Source: Squalus acanthias
Taxonomy: Eukaryota
NCBI GenBank assembly: GCA_030390025.1
Contig: CM059432.1
Coordinates: 111,416,001-111,480,000, forward strand
Direction of reading: 5' to 3'
Length of the DNA: 64,000 nt
Numbering within the stretch: position 1 is the stretch's first letter; each line of letters begins with the position of its first letter. Positions 12,131-24,830 of this stretch are shown piece by piece. Below the pieces are notes generated by a model that made no database searches, was not told the DNA's origin, and worked only from the letters and a program-made list of their open reading frames with translations. The translations under genes and the position numbers were made by a program.

Positions 12131-13252
12131 TCCCTGAAGCCTGGGCTTGAAGTTAATATTTTTGCCCAGACCCACGACTCTATGAACTGAATTTGGATTG
12201 TGCATTCTGAGCCTGTGCAGTGTGCATAACTCCCGAGGATGTACCACTACTGTTCAGTCAGTTAAACTGAGAATATTTTTCGTTAAGCTTATAGCACTTT
12301 CTACTTAACAGCTGTTCTTCAAATACTTTTGAAAAACAAGAGGACAAATTTTAAAATCTTATTGAGGTAATATTTATATTGATGATCTTTTCTTCAAGTG
12401 AAAAAGAGGCTGTCTCTGTACACGAATCTGTGAGGGAGAGTGAAAAAATTGAGGTGTTCTTGTTACACATCAATTGTAGATTTTGTCGTGTGTTCTATAA
12501 ATTTCAGAATGCTGAAAGTTGAGGGGTCAGAAAGAGAGATAGACAGACAGAGACTGGATAATTGTTAATTCCTTGCTAACGAGAGGGAGGGAGGGAGACA
12601 GGTAGAAAAAGGTAGACATGTCTTTCCTCACCCTAATTTGATATTTTTTTAAATGGTTGAATTTAGAAAGCAAATAAAGCCCTTGAGGGAAACACATAGG
12701 AAGAGAGGGAAATATAAATAGTTGAGGGTGAGGACCCCTGGCTTCTTGCCACCCAATTGTTAGAGGAGGAGTTCTTATTTATAATTTACTGTTTAAATCA
12801 ATGAAGTTCTTAAAGGTTAAAATATCAGGTGTCATGGATTTATTAAGTGTACAGCATATGCAATAGTACTTAAACATACACTTAAAATGTAGTACTTACA
12901 ACCACAGCTAATGATGGTTGGTTGGGGATTCAAACGTGTTACAGTTCTGAGCTCAGTAGCTTAGGCCTTTACAAATCCAAATACTCATTACATTTCTCTT
13001 ACTCTCCCTACTTGACAATTAACACACATCTCTACGTTACATAATTATATAAAAGTTAAAATACAATTCCATATAAGCAGAATTTAATTAACTTATCTCT
13101 TATCAATAACTTTAGTTTTCCTTACTTAACAAGCTCTTTTTCCATTGAGCTAACACCTTACCACCTTACTTTGTTATCTTATAGATAGTTTCACACTTGT
13201 TCCATATAATTGTTATTTTACCAAGCGAGACCTTTAATTAAAAGTCTGTCTT

Positions 13253-14142
13253 TGGTGGCAGTGTCAGTTGTGAAGAGGATGTGAAGAGGCTTCAAGGGGA
13301 TCTCGACAGGCTCAGTGAGTGGGCGAGAACATGGCAGATGGAATATAACGTGGATAAATGTGAAGTTATCCACTTTGGTAGAAAAAACAGAAAGGCAGAG
13401 TATTTCCTAAATGGTGAAAGATTGGGGAATGCAGATGCTCAAAGGGACCTGGGTGCCCTTGTACATGAGTCACTGAAAGTGAATGTGCAGGTGCAGCAAG
13501 CCATTAGGAAGGCAAATGGTATGCTGGCCTTCATTACAAGAGGATTTGAGTACAGAAGTAAAGAAGTCTTACTCCAATTATATAGGGCCTTGGTGAGACC
13601 ACACCTGGAGTACTGTGTACAATTTTGGTCTCCTTACCTAAGGAAGGATATACTTGCCATAGAGGGAGTGCACGAGATTGATTCCTGGGATGGCGGGACT
13701 GTCGTATGAGAAGAGATTGAGTAAACTAGGCCTGTATTCTCTTGCATTCAGAAGAATGAGAGGGGATCTCATTGAAGCATACAAAATTATTACAGGGCTT
13801 GATAGGGTGGATGCTGGGAGAATGTTTCCCTTGCCTGGTGAGTCTAGAACCAGGGGCCACAGCCTCAAGATAAAGGGTAGCATGAGATGAGAAGAAATTT
13901 CTTCAGAGGGTGGTGAATCTTTGGAATTCTCTACCCCAGAGGGCTGTGGAGGCTCAGTCATTGGGTATATTCAAAACAGAAGTCGATAGATTTCTGACTA
14001 GTAAGGGCATCAAGGGTTATGGCGATAGGGCAGGTGAATGGAGTTGAGGCAGAAGATCAGCCATGATCTCATTGAATGGCGGAGCAGGCTCGAAGGGCTG
14101 AATGGCCTACACCTGCTCCTATTTCTTATGTTCTTATGTTCT
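13253..14142 (+). mobile_element. CR1 LINE, 5'-truncated (RT C-terminus and 3' UTR)
   Basis: LQGDLDRLSEWARTWQMEYNVDKC..RPHLEYCVQFWSP and a tail of TTCTTATG repeats. Near-identical to 51376-52275. Confidence 0.92.
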
Positions 14143-14275
14143 GCCTCATTCATACCAATTAAAAAGGACAATGTATGTCCAGATGTTTTTCTTTGCGGAA
14201 CTAGCTGTTTTCCCCACACTTATTAAATGATTTGCCCACTACCAAATGCAACTGCAGTCTCTTGGCTCCTTTTCT

Positions 14276-14460
14276 CACCCTAAACAGACCATGCCCTACT
14301 ACCTGCCATCCCTCACCCTAAACAGACCATGCCCTACTACCTGCCACCCCCACCCTAAACAGACCATGCCCTACTACCTGCCACCCCTCACCCTAAACAG
14401 ACCATGCCCTACTACCTGTCACCCTCACCCTAAACAGACCATGCCCTACTACCTGCCACC
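14276..14460. repeat. Minisatellite, five units of 37-38 bp
   Basis: CACCCTAAACAGACCATGCCCTACTACCTGCCAC units start at 14276, 14314, 14351, 14389 and 14426. Confidence 0.95.
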
Positions 14461-16492
14461 TCCCATCTGAAGAGAGAGAGCGAAGCCAAAACAAGAGTTG
14501 AAGGGAGAGAGCCAGAAAAGCAAAAGAGTGAACGATAAGCAGATGAGGGTAAATGGATGATCGTATTCTTCTGCTTTCTGGGAGATTGCCCAGTATACAC
14601 ACAGATGGACTGTATTCGGATTAACCTTTCGTTAGCTTCTGATATTTGGTACACAAATCAGGCGTGCTTGTAACTTGTTTTCACGTTCTTATATATGAGC
14701 GAATAGAAAAAATAGCAGTGTAGTTTAGACAGAGTTAAAAGCAATTATCTAAATAATCAACTTGTAGCTAAGGAGTTTATTTTAAGCTTCTAATTAGAAA
14801 GGAGAGACAGCTGCGACCTGTAAGCTGCAATTCCTGTGCCATGTGGGAACTTCGGGACGCTTCATGGGCAGCTGGATTCACTGCGGGGCATACGGGAGGC
14901 TGAATGTTTCCTGGATCACAGGTTCCAGGAGATGGTCACCCCTCAGCCAGATAGAGTTCAGAATAGCAAGTGGGTGGGCACCCGTAATGGTCGGAAGAGG
15001 CAGGCAGTGCCAGCATCCTCCCGGAGTGTGACACACTCAAACCAAATACCGGTGAGGGTGACAACACCTCGAAGGAGTGCAGTCCCGGGCCTGGCACAGT
15101 GAGTCAAAGGACTGCACAGGCGGGTACAGCAAAGTGTAGGAACTCAGTAATAATTGGGGATTCGATAGTCAGGGGAAAGACAGGCAGTCCTGCTGCCGTC
15201 GATGTAAGACCCGTCTAGTATGTTGTATCCCTGGTGCCAGCGTAAGGGACATCACGGAGAGGGTGCAGAACATTCTGTGGGGGGGAAGGGGAAGAGCCAG
15301 AAGTCGTTGCCCATGTCGGAACCAACAACATCGGGGGTGATGAGGGTTGAGGTCCTGCAGTCAGAGTTTAAGGAGCTAGGGAGGATGTTTAAATGCAGGA
15401 CTTCAAAAGTAGTAATCTCTGGATTACTCCCAGTGCCACGCGCTAGTGAGAATAGAAATAGGAAGATATGGCAGGTTAATGGGTGGCTAGGAGACATGGT
15501 GCAGGAGGGAGGGCTTCAGATTCCTGGGACATTGGGACCAGTTCTGGGGCAGGAGGGACCTGTTCAAGATGGACGGGTTGCACCTGAACAGAGCTGGACC
15601 TGAACAAAGCTGGGACCAGTATCCTCGCAGGCAGGTTAACTAGTGTGTGGCGGAGGGTTCAAACTAATTTGGCAGGGCGTTGGGCACCAAGACGTAGTAT
15701 TTAAAAAGTAGAAACAAGGTGTACAGAGGACTGGGAGGGACAGTTAGAGTTAGAAATAATACTGAATTAGGTGGGATCATAGAAAATGCAAAGAGGTCAA
15801 AGTTAGGTTTGGAGTGCATGTGTGAAAATGCACAAAGTGTGGTTAAAAAGGCTGGTGAGCTGCAGGCGCAAATAGCCAGGTGGGAATATGATGTAGTGGC
15901 GATAACTGAAACCTGGCTCAAAAAAAGAGAGGATTGGATGCTTAATATTCCTGGGTACAAGGTATTCAGGGAAGAAAGGGAAAGAAAAAGGGAGGAGGGG
16001 TGGCAGTTTTATTAAGGAAAATATTCCAGTGCCAGAAAGAGAGAATGTCCTTGAGAGATCAAAGACAGAATCTATTTGGTTGGAGTTGAGAAACAATAGA
16101 GGACCTATTACACTACTTGGTGTATTTTATAGGCCACCAAACAGCAGGAAGAGATAGAGGAGCAGATTCGCTGGGAAATTACTGAGGTGCAAGAACTATA
16201 GGGGGCTAAATTTGATAGCCCCCGAAAATGGGCACGTGTATCGCGATGTGCGATTAGCCCACGTCTGTTGAGTCCATAAACTTCGAGCTGCCTGCTAATT
16301 AAAATGATTGCAGCGGTGAGGAAGCACAAAAGGCGCCTTTCAGTGGCTCAGCGCCTCAGCAGGGGGTCCAAATTTGTGCGAGGATAGCACCACTTAAAGC
16401 CAGCCTGCACCTCTTAAAGGGGAGGTGCATTCTGGCTGGAGCAGGTCCTGGAAGTGGCTGACGAAGAGTGTGAGCAAGAAGAACACTGAATT

Positions 16493-18388
16493 ATGGCGCA
16501 ACAAGGCAGAAAGCGTACTCCAAGGTTCTTGGACGCTGTACTGGAGGCTTTGGCGGAGGAGGTAGACAGGAAGAGAGAGGTCCTCTATCCACAGGGGGCC
16601 AAGAGGCCCTCCAGACAAACTCGAAAAAGGCAGTGGCAGCAGATAGCCCTGTTGGTCAATGTACGAAGTCAAGACCCGAGGACCTGGATGCAGTGCCATG
16701 AAAAGTTCAATGACATCACATGAGTTGTCAAGGTGAGTGACTGCATCATCAAATGCCGTTTTCCACCAACTGCACCACTAGCCTCACACACTGCTCAATG
16801 CACCACACCCCATCACTCACCTACCAACAATCTCTATCAATCAGGACTCATACTTTACATTCACATCACCCTCACACACTGCTGCAAGCCTCACACCCAC
16901 ATCTCATACCTTGCACACACTGCCAGCTATTCAACTATGACAGGCACATCACCCAAACACATTGCACCACACTCAATGACACATTTCCCTCTCTTGCAGG
17001 GAAAGGTAGGTCATAACCGGAGGCAGCAGGGGCTACCCGCAGGGAGACAGGCACGCCTGTGTGACCTAACTCCCTTGGAGGAGACAGTGCTCGAGATTAT
17101 TGGAGCGGCTGTTGCTGAGCTCGTGGCCAGCAGCGGGTCTGAAACAATCGAAGATGAAGGTATCGTCATACTTAATCCTCCTTCTCACATCCTACTTCCC
17201 CCTCATTCCACAATCTCTTCTGATTTACAAGCTTAAGATGGTGTAAGCATGTGCCTCTTGCATTCCCCCCACTCCCCTCACCGCAATCCTACCCTTGTGC
17301 CTTTCTCCTTTCAGATAGCCAAGAACTGCAACCGTGCCAGGTGGTGGTGGAGGAGCAAGAACTGGAAGAGGAAGAAGACAGTGATGATGAAGACACAACA
17401 CCGTCACTCAATTTCACACTCGCAGTCACCAGCTCAGATACTGACACTCGGCGTACTTTAGAGGGTAGCTTAGACGTGGAATCTGCACATGGTGAGACAC
17501 CGGGCACGAGTGGCCTGCAGCCAGGGCAGGGGGCAAGGGTAGCGCAGGTGCCAGCTCCCCGGAGGGCGAGGTCACACACGAGTTCTGCTGGACAGGACTC
17601 AGATGAGCACTTCGATGGGGCAGGCTACAGAAGAAGGCTGATGGGTATGCACAATGAAATGCTTGGTGCACTGGCAGGCCTGCCAGAAAGTCTGCGTACA
17701 ATGTCAAGGAGCATGGAGGAGTCCAACACCAACTGGGCACAGGGCTTCGCACAGAGCTTGAGCCCATCCTTTCCAGCATGGAAGTGATGGGCAACTTCAT
17801 TAGCCCACCTGTGGACCCACCCATGATGCAGCGTCTGATGGCCAATGTCTCAGCTTCCAACGTCTGGGTGCTGCAGTGGAAGCTCAGACTAAAGTCATGC
17901 AAGTGTAGATTGCGGCCACGCAAGCTTAGACTGCTGCCATCATGGCTGCGGATACCAGTGTTCAAAGGGGCCTGCAGGGTGTCGCAGCAGTCTGGCAATC
18001 TATCCTCCAACAGATTACTAGGAATGCTGAGGTGCTGCCCCGGTGGAGTGGCAGTGGCTCCATGGAGCAAGAACCTGCTGTCCTCTCTTAGGATGACAGC
18101 ATTCATACTCCCACCACTGCCTCTCTGCCAGTGCCCTCGCTGTTGCCTGTCAGCCAGCCAGCCCAGACTGCTGCCACCCATGCCGAGGTGGTGCAGTCTG
18201 CAGCCAGGCTTTCTAGGCCCAGAGCTGCTCGAGGTTGTCTTCCAAGGCCATCTGCAGTCTCCCCCACTGAAAGTCTGCAGCCTTCCTCCAGCCATGCTGC
18301 AACCGCTAGGGTAGCACTGCATAGGAGCACTCGGACAGGCAAAGGCACACAGGAGACAGGCACTAAGGGGAATGCACAGGGGTGATTA
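16493..18388 (+). pseudogene. Three-exon Myb/SANT-like DNA-binding partner gene of Harbinger (exons 16493-16732, 17000-17159, 17315-~18388)
   Basis: MAQQGRKRTPRFLDAVLEALAEEV..W..RTWMQCHEKFND. Splice sites AAG|GTGAGT, TTGCAG|GG, G|GTATCG and TTTCAG|AT have matching phases. There is an in-frame TGA at 16721 and frameshifts in exon 3. Confidence 0.8.
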
Positions 18389-18559
18389 GTTGATGTTTGT
18401 ATGCAATATGGCATGGCTTTGATTTATAAATTGGGTTTGGAATGTTTATTTTGTGTTGGCTTTTATTTTTGCATTGTGGCCAAGTGGACGCTGTGATGGT
18501 CAGCAACAGAGGGAAGGTAAGGTATGAGACTGTTGGTGAATGGGGAATTGGGGTTGCGT

Positions 18560-19390
18560 TTACTGGTATCTCAGCTGGATGAGTTCTTCACAGACAGCCC
18601 AGCAAGAAAGGGGCTGTCTGAGTTTCCTTCTCCCTTCCTCTTCCTCCTTCCTTTGCCGCCTCCTCTTCATCCCTCTCCTCCTGCTCCTCAGCTGGTCGCC
18701 ATATGGCTGGTGATGAGGGCTGTGCCTTCATGATGGCGAGGTTGTGCAACATGCAGCAGACCACCACGAGTCTCGACACCCGCTCTGCCGAGTACTGCAG
18801 GGCTCCTCCAGATGGGTCCAGGCAGTAGAAGTGTTGCTTCAGGACTCCGGTGGTCTGCTCGATGATGTTTCATGTGGCAGCATGGCTTTTGTTGTATGAA
18901 TGCTGCCCACGTGTGTGTGTGGGTTTCTGCACCGGAGTCACAAGCTCTGTTGTTAACAGATAGCCCTTGTTGCCCAATAGCCACCCTCTGGTTTGTCATG
19001 GTGGCTCAAATGAAGATGGCACAGTGGACTGCCGCAGAATGAAGGCACCATGAGTGGAATCCTTGTCGGTTGCGGTACATCTCAGAGTTGAGATGCGGCG
19101 TCTGCAAAGCGAAGTGTGTGCAGTCAATGGCATCCTGCACCATGGGGAAGCCAGCAATCCTAGCGAAGCCGCATGCTCGCTCGCCTGCTGCTCTCTGGCC
19201 AGCGAGAAGGAAACGTATTCAGCTCTATTGGAATACAGAGCTCAGTTACCTCCCTAATGCAACAGTGCACAGCAAACTGGGAGATGTTGCAAATATCTCC
19301 TGCTCCAGCCTGGAAGGAGCCCGACGCATAAAGGTTCATGGCCACCATCACCTTCACAGCCACTGGCAAAGCGGTCCTCACCGCAGACAC
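18560..19390 (-). pseudogene. Decayed Harbinger transposase
   Basis: ALPVAVKVMVAMNLYASGSFQ..DICNISQFAVHCCIREVT and VVVCCMLHNLA. Confidence 0.85.
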
Positions 19391-20407
19391 TATTTTGGAA
19401 CCGAATTAGCACCCAAACAATGGGCGCTATGGAGTCGAATTTAGCGGCCATAGAGTAGTGACAATGGGAGACTTTAACTACCTCAATATTGAATGGGGCA
19501 GTGATTGCATGAAGGACAGAGAAGGGAAGGAATTTCTGAAGCGTGTTCAGAACAATTTTCTTGATCAGTATGTTTCCTGCCCAACAAGGAAGGAGGCATT
19601 GCTGGATCGAGTCCTGGGGAATGAAGTGGGTCAAGTGGAGATTGTCACAGTCAGGGAGCATCTCGGGAATAGTGATCATAGTATCGTAAGGTTTAGGTTA
19701 GTTATGGAGAAGGACAAGGAGCAATCTGAAATAAAAATACTTTACTGGAGGAGGGCTAATTTCAGTGAATTGAGGAGCTAGGTAAATTGGAGCAAAGACT
19801 GGCAGGCAGAATTATAATGGAGCAATGGGCGAACTTTAAAGAGGAGATGGTTTGGGTACAATCTAGTTACGTTCCCACAAGGGGGAAGAGGGCAATCAAA
19901 GCCAGAAAAAGTGGGTGTATGACAGATGTCAGCTTGAACAAGGGAGAATCAGGCTGAATATAAAAAGCACAGAGGAGAAGTGACAAAGGAAATAAGAGGG
20001 GTAAAGAGACAGTACGAAAATAGATTGGCGGCTAACATAAAAAGGAATTCAAAAATCTTCTAAAGGCATTTTAACAGTAACAGGGTTGTCAGAGGAGCAG
20101 TGGGGCCGATTAGGGACCAAAATGGAGATCTATTGGTGGAGGCAGAAGGCATGGCTGAGGAACTAGATGAGTACTTTGCATCGGTGTTTACCAAGGAAGA
20201 GAACTTTACCAAAGCTGTGGTAAACGAGGAGGTTGCTGGGATACTGGATGAGATAAAAACAGATGAAGACGAGGTACTAGACAGGCTGGCGGTAATTAAA
20301 GTGGATAAGTCACCCGGTCCAGATGGGATGCATCCTAGGTTGCTGAAGGAAGTAAGGGTAGAAATTGCAGAGGTGTTGGCCACAATCTTCCAATCCTCCT
20401 TAGATAC

Positions 20408-21586
20408 TACTTCTTCTTAGGCAGTCCCTCGGAACCGAGGATGACTTGCTTCCACATTAAAAATGAGTTCTCAGGTGACTGATGAGTCCAATGCGGGACC
20501 TACAGTCTCTGTCACAGGTGGGGCAGACGGTGGTTGAAGGGGCGGGTGGGTGGGGTGCTTGGGTTGACGTGCACTCCTTCCACTGTTTGCGCTTGGCTTC
20601 CGCTTGCTCCCGGCGAAGAGACTCGAGGTGTTCGGTGCCTTCCTGCATGCTTCTCCTCCACTTTGTGCGGTCTTGGGCCAGGGATTCCCAGGTGTCGGTG
20701 AGGATGTTACACCTTTTCAAGGAGGCTTTGAGGGTGTCCTTGAAGCGTTTCCTCTGCCCACCTGGGGATCTCTTGCCGTGCTGGAGCTCCGAGTAGAGCG
20801 CTTGTTTTGGGAGTCTCGTATTGGGCATGCAGACAATGTGACCTGTCCATCGGAGCTGATCGAGCGTGGTCAAAGCTTCGATGCTGGGGATGTTGGCCTG
20901 AGCGAGAACACTGCCGTTGGTGCGCCTATCCTGCCAATGGATTTGCAGGATCTTGCGGAGGCAGCGTTGATGGTACCTCTCCAGTGCTTTGAGGTGCCAA
21001 CTGTACAGGGTCCATGTCTCTGAAGCATACAGGAGGGCGGGTATCACTACTGCTCTGTAGACCATGAGCTTAGTGCCGGGTTTGTGGTCCTGGTCTTCAA
21101 ACACTCTCTTCCCCAGGCGACCGAAGGCTGCACTGGCACACTGAAGGCGGTGTTGGACTTCGTCGTCGACGTCTGCCCTTGTTGACGGTAGGCTTCCGAG
21201 GTCTGGAAAGTGGTCCACGTTGTCCAAGGCCTTGTCGTGGATTTTGATAATCGGGGGGGCAGTACTGTGTGGCGGGGGCAGGTTGGTAGAGGACCTTTGT
21301 CTTACGGATGTTTAGTGTAAGGCCCATGCTCTCGTACGCTTCAGTGAAGGTGTTGATGATGGTTTGGAGTTCGACCTCCGAGTGAGCGCAGACGCAAGCG
21401 TCGTCTGCATACTCTAATTCAACGACAGAGGACGGGACGACCTTGGATCTGGACTGGAAGCGATGGAGGTTGAACAGTTTCCCGTTAGTTCTGTAAATTA
21501 GCTCCACTCCAGTGGGGAGCTTACTGAGGGTGAGATGGAGCATTGCAGCAAGGAAGATCGAGAAGAGCGTTGGTGCGATGACACAG
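20408..21586 (-). mobile_element. RTE-clade (BovB-like) LINE, 5'-truncated, 10-bp TSD
   Basis: TSD CCTTAGATAC at 20398-20407 and 21587-21596. LEYADDA, KTKVL, AFGRL..LLYASETWT..QLRWTGH..RLPKQALYSEL..RSPGGQRKRFKD, a C2H2 finger CPTCDRDCRSRIGLISHLRTH, and an (AAG)n-like tail. Confidence 0.92.
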
Positions 21587-23154
21587 CCTTAGATACAGGG
21601 GTGGTGCCAAAGGACTGGAGGATTGCAAATGTTACACCCTTGTTCAAAAAAGGGGAGAAGGATAAACCTAGCAATTACAGTCCAGTTGGTGGTGGGGAAG
21701 CTTTTAGAAACAATAATTGAGGAGAAAATTATCAGCTACTTGGACAAGTATGGACTAATAAAGGAGAGCCCGCACGGACTTGTTAAGGGCAAGTCGTGTT
21801 TGACTAACTTGATTGAGTTTTTTGATGAGGTAACAGAGAGGGTGGATGAGGAAAGTGTAGTTGATGTATATATGGACTTTCAAAAGGCGTTTGATAAAGT
21901 ACCACATATTAATTAGGCTTGTTAGTAAAATTGAAACCCATGGGATAAAAGGGGCAGACCACTGCTGTTTTTGATATACATTAATGACTTGGACTTGGGG
22001 GTACAGGGCACAATTTCAAAATATGCAAATGACACGAAACTTGGAAGTATATTAAACAGTGAGGAAGATAGTGATAGACTTCAAGAGGACATACAGGCTG
22101 GTGGAATGGGTGGACACATGGCAGATGAAATTCAATGCAGAAAAATGTGAGGTGATACATTTTGTTAGGAAGAATGAGGAAAGACCATACACACTAAATG
22201 GTACAATTTTAAAGGTGGTGAAAGAACAGAGACCTGGGGGTTTGTGCACAAATCTTTGAAGGTGGCAGGGCAGGTTAAAAAGCCGTTAATAAAGCATGTA
22301 GTTCTGGAGATGTGGGATTACAGTTACGTGGATAGACTGGAGAAGCTGGTGTTGTTGTCCTTCGAGTCGAGAAGGCTAAGAGGAGATTTGATAGAGGTGT
22401 TTAAAATCATAAATGGTTTAGATCAAAAGCAGAAGGGTGATAATGAGAGGACACATACTTAAGGTGATTGGAAAAAGAACCAGAGGTGACATGAGGAAAA
22501 ACCTTTTTACGCAACAAGTGATTAGGATTTGGAATGCGCTGCCTGATAGGGCGGTGGATACAGGTTCAATAGTAGCCTTCAAAAGGGAATTGGATAAATA
22601 CTTTAAGGAGAAAAAATTGCAGGGATATGGGGAAAGAGCAGCGGATTGGGACTAACTGGATTGCTCTTTGAAAGAGCCGGCACGGATCGATGGGCTGAAT
22701 GGCCTCCTATTCTATGATTCTATGTCATCGGTCTTTATTTAGGGTGTTGTTGAGTTATTTTTTTTCAAGCTTTTGCCCAGCTTTTGCTAGTTTTCCAAGT
22801 TCACATTATTGGAAGAGGCACATTGGAGTGAATAGAGCTTTCGGGTGCTTCATACTGCTAGAATTGGAATTGGGGCCGAATCTTAGTCAGGAGGAAAGTG
22901 GTCGGGAAAGTAGTTTCACACCACTTGGGATTGACATTATATGGAGTCGTTTGACATCAGTGCAGGTTGTTAAAGAGATCACGGGTCCCTTGGGTCTGAG
23001 CACACGTTTGATGTACCTTGCCAGGTATTGATTTAAATGCTTTGAGAATGAGCAGACTGCCGCCCGAATCTGTAAACATTTAAATTGTACTTATTGGGAG
23101 CACGTCCCTGTAACCAAGAGAATTGGAGTTCCAGCCAGACAAGTTAAACAGGGA

Positions 23155-24530
23155 TAACAACAGAAAATGCTGGAAACACTCAGCAGGTCAGGCAGCATCG
23201 AGGAGAGAGAAACAGAGTCAACGTTTCAGGTCGAGGACCCTTCGTCAGAACTGGAAAAGGTTAGGGAGGAGAGATTTTTAAGCAGGGGCAGGGAGGAGGG
23301 GAGGAAAGAACAAAGGGAAGGTCTGTGACAGGCTGGAAGGCAGGAGAGATTGACTGACAAAAAGGATGATGGTGCAAGGCAAAAGGAGAGGCAATGGGAC
23401 AAGTTCAAAAACAAAAGAAGACTCTAGATGAGGTGTGAATGATGATGGCAGCAACATTAACAGCTAACGTGAGAAAACAAGAGAAAAAATAAATAAATAC
23501 AGGGGCCGAGGTTATAGTCTGAAATTGTTGAACTCGATGTTGAGTCCAGAAGGCTGTAAAGTGCCTAATCGAAAGATGAGGTGCTGTTCCTCGAGCTTAC
23601 GTTGAGCTTCGTTGGAACAGTGTAAGAGGCCGAGGTCAGAGTGGGAGTGGAGCGGAGAATTAAAGTGAATTAATTAATTAAAGAATTAAAGACCCCAGAA
23701 GCTTGGGGTCTTGCGGACTGAATGGAAGTGTTCCGCAAAGCAGTCACCCAATCTGTGTTTGGTCTCCCCAATGTAGAGGAGACCGCATCGTGAGCAGCGA
23801 ATACAGTATGCTAAATTGTAAGAAGTACAAGTAAATCACTGTTTCACCTGGAAGGAGTGTTTGGGGCCCTGGACGGTGGGAAGGGAGGAGGTAAAAGGGC
23901 AGGTGTCACATCTCCTGTGCTTGCATGGGAAGGTGCCGGGCGAAGGGGTGCTGGGGGTGATAGCGGAGTGAACCAGGGTGTCGCGGAGGGAGCGGTCCCT
24001 TTGGAATGCTGAAAAGGTGGGGGGGGGAGGGGAAGATGTGTTTGGTGGTGGAATCACGCTGGAGGTGGCGGAAATGGCGCAGAATGATCCGTTGAATGTG
24101 GAGGCTGGTGGGGTGAAAGGTGAGGACAAGGGGAACCCTATCGTAGTTCTGGGAGGGAGGGGAAGGGGTGAGGGCAGAAATGCAGGAAATGGAACCTTAG
24201 GTTGAGGGCCATGTCAACCATGGAAGAGGGGAATCCTCGGTTGAGGAAAAAGGAAGACATACCAGAAGCACTAGTATGGAAGGTGGTATCGTCAGAACAG
24301 ATGCGGCGGAGACGGAGAAACTGGGAGAATGGAATAGAGTCCTTACAGGAAGCAGGGTGGGAGGAAGTGTAGTCCAGGTAGCTGTGGGAGTTAGTGGGCT
24401 TATAGTGGATGTTAGTCGATAGAAATGGAGACAGAGAAGTCGAGGAAGGGAAGAGTTGGAGATGGAACGTGTGAAGGTGAGGGAAGGGTGGAAATTGAAG
24501 CAAAGTGAATGAAACAGGGTACTGTCTGGA
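23155..24530 (-). mobile_element. Second Penelope-like family (Neptune-like), decayed RT thumb, GIY-YIG and pLTR
   Basis: HYKPTNSHSYLDYTSSHP..SIPFSQFLRLRRICSD, PCKHRRCDTCPF and LYIGET-like sequence near 23760. Confidence 0.88.
23216..23252 (-). ncRNA. Minimal hammerhead ribozyme of the second Penelope family
   Basis: Minus strand reads AGTT CTGACGA A GGGTC CTC GACCT GAAA CG TT GACT, with a palindromic ACGT stem III. Confidence 0.8.
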
Positions 24531-24724
24531 TGGATCCACTTGGACAGTGGTAGCTGCAGTTTAAATGCACCATTACTGGACATACGGCCGTGCTTTATCA
24601 AGTCAGGAGTGCTTGAAACTGATTCTAGGTACCTACTAGATGCTCAAAAGTATAATGTATTGTTTTCCCAGTGCTGTTATCCCTTTGATCAACTTCCCTT
24701 CAAAAAAAAAGTGCTGGTAACCTT

Positions 24725-24830
24725 AAATAAAAACAGAAGTACTCAAAATACACAGCAGATCTATTAACATTTGAAAGAGAAAAGAGAGCTTATGATGAAA
24801 ATTTCAAGTGTGTACTCTTCATCAGAACTC
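24725..24830 (-). mobile_element. Old Penelope pLTR remnant with decayed hammerhead core
   Basis: Minus strand GAGTT CTGATGA AGAGTACACACTT GAAA, followed by sequence loosely like the pLTR end at 23155-23215. Stems I and III are broken. Confidence 0.45.

Larger units (their letters stand above)
16201..19449. mobile_element. PIF/Harbinger transposon with TIRs and 3-bp TSD (ATA); Myb/SANT-like gene (+) convergent with decayed transposase (-)
   Basis: Left end GGGGGCTAAATTTGA versus reverse-complemented right end GGCCGCTAAATTCGA (12/15). ATA at 16198-16200 and 19450-19452. Removing the element restores CR1 TGCAAGAACTATAGAGTAGTG. Confidence 0.9.
14470..22725 (+). mobile_element. Near full-length decayed CR1 LINE (5' UTR, esterase ORF1, EN-RT ORF2, tail), interrupted by a Harbinger and an RTE
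   Basis: ORF1 has IIGDSIVRG..VVISGLLPVP. EN has NAQSV..YDVVAITETW and MGDFNY..SDH. RT has KSPGPDGMHP and YMDFQKAFDKVPH. The tail TTCTATGATTCTATG lies at ~22720. Confidence 0.88.

Noticed and set aside
17426..18322. 298-aa minus-strand ORF and similar long antisense or alternate-frame ORFs over TEs
   Set aside because: These are shadow ORFs of GC-rich transposon coding sequence with no recognisable domains.
24786..24830. Functional hammerhead ribozyme
   Set aside because: CUGAUGA and GAAA remain, but stems I and III cannot form. It is kept only as a decayed remnant.
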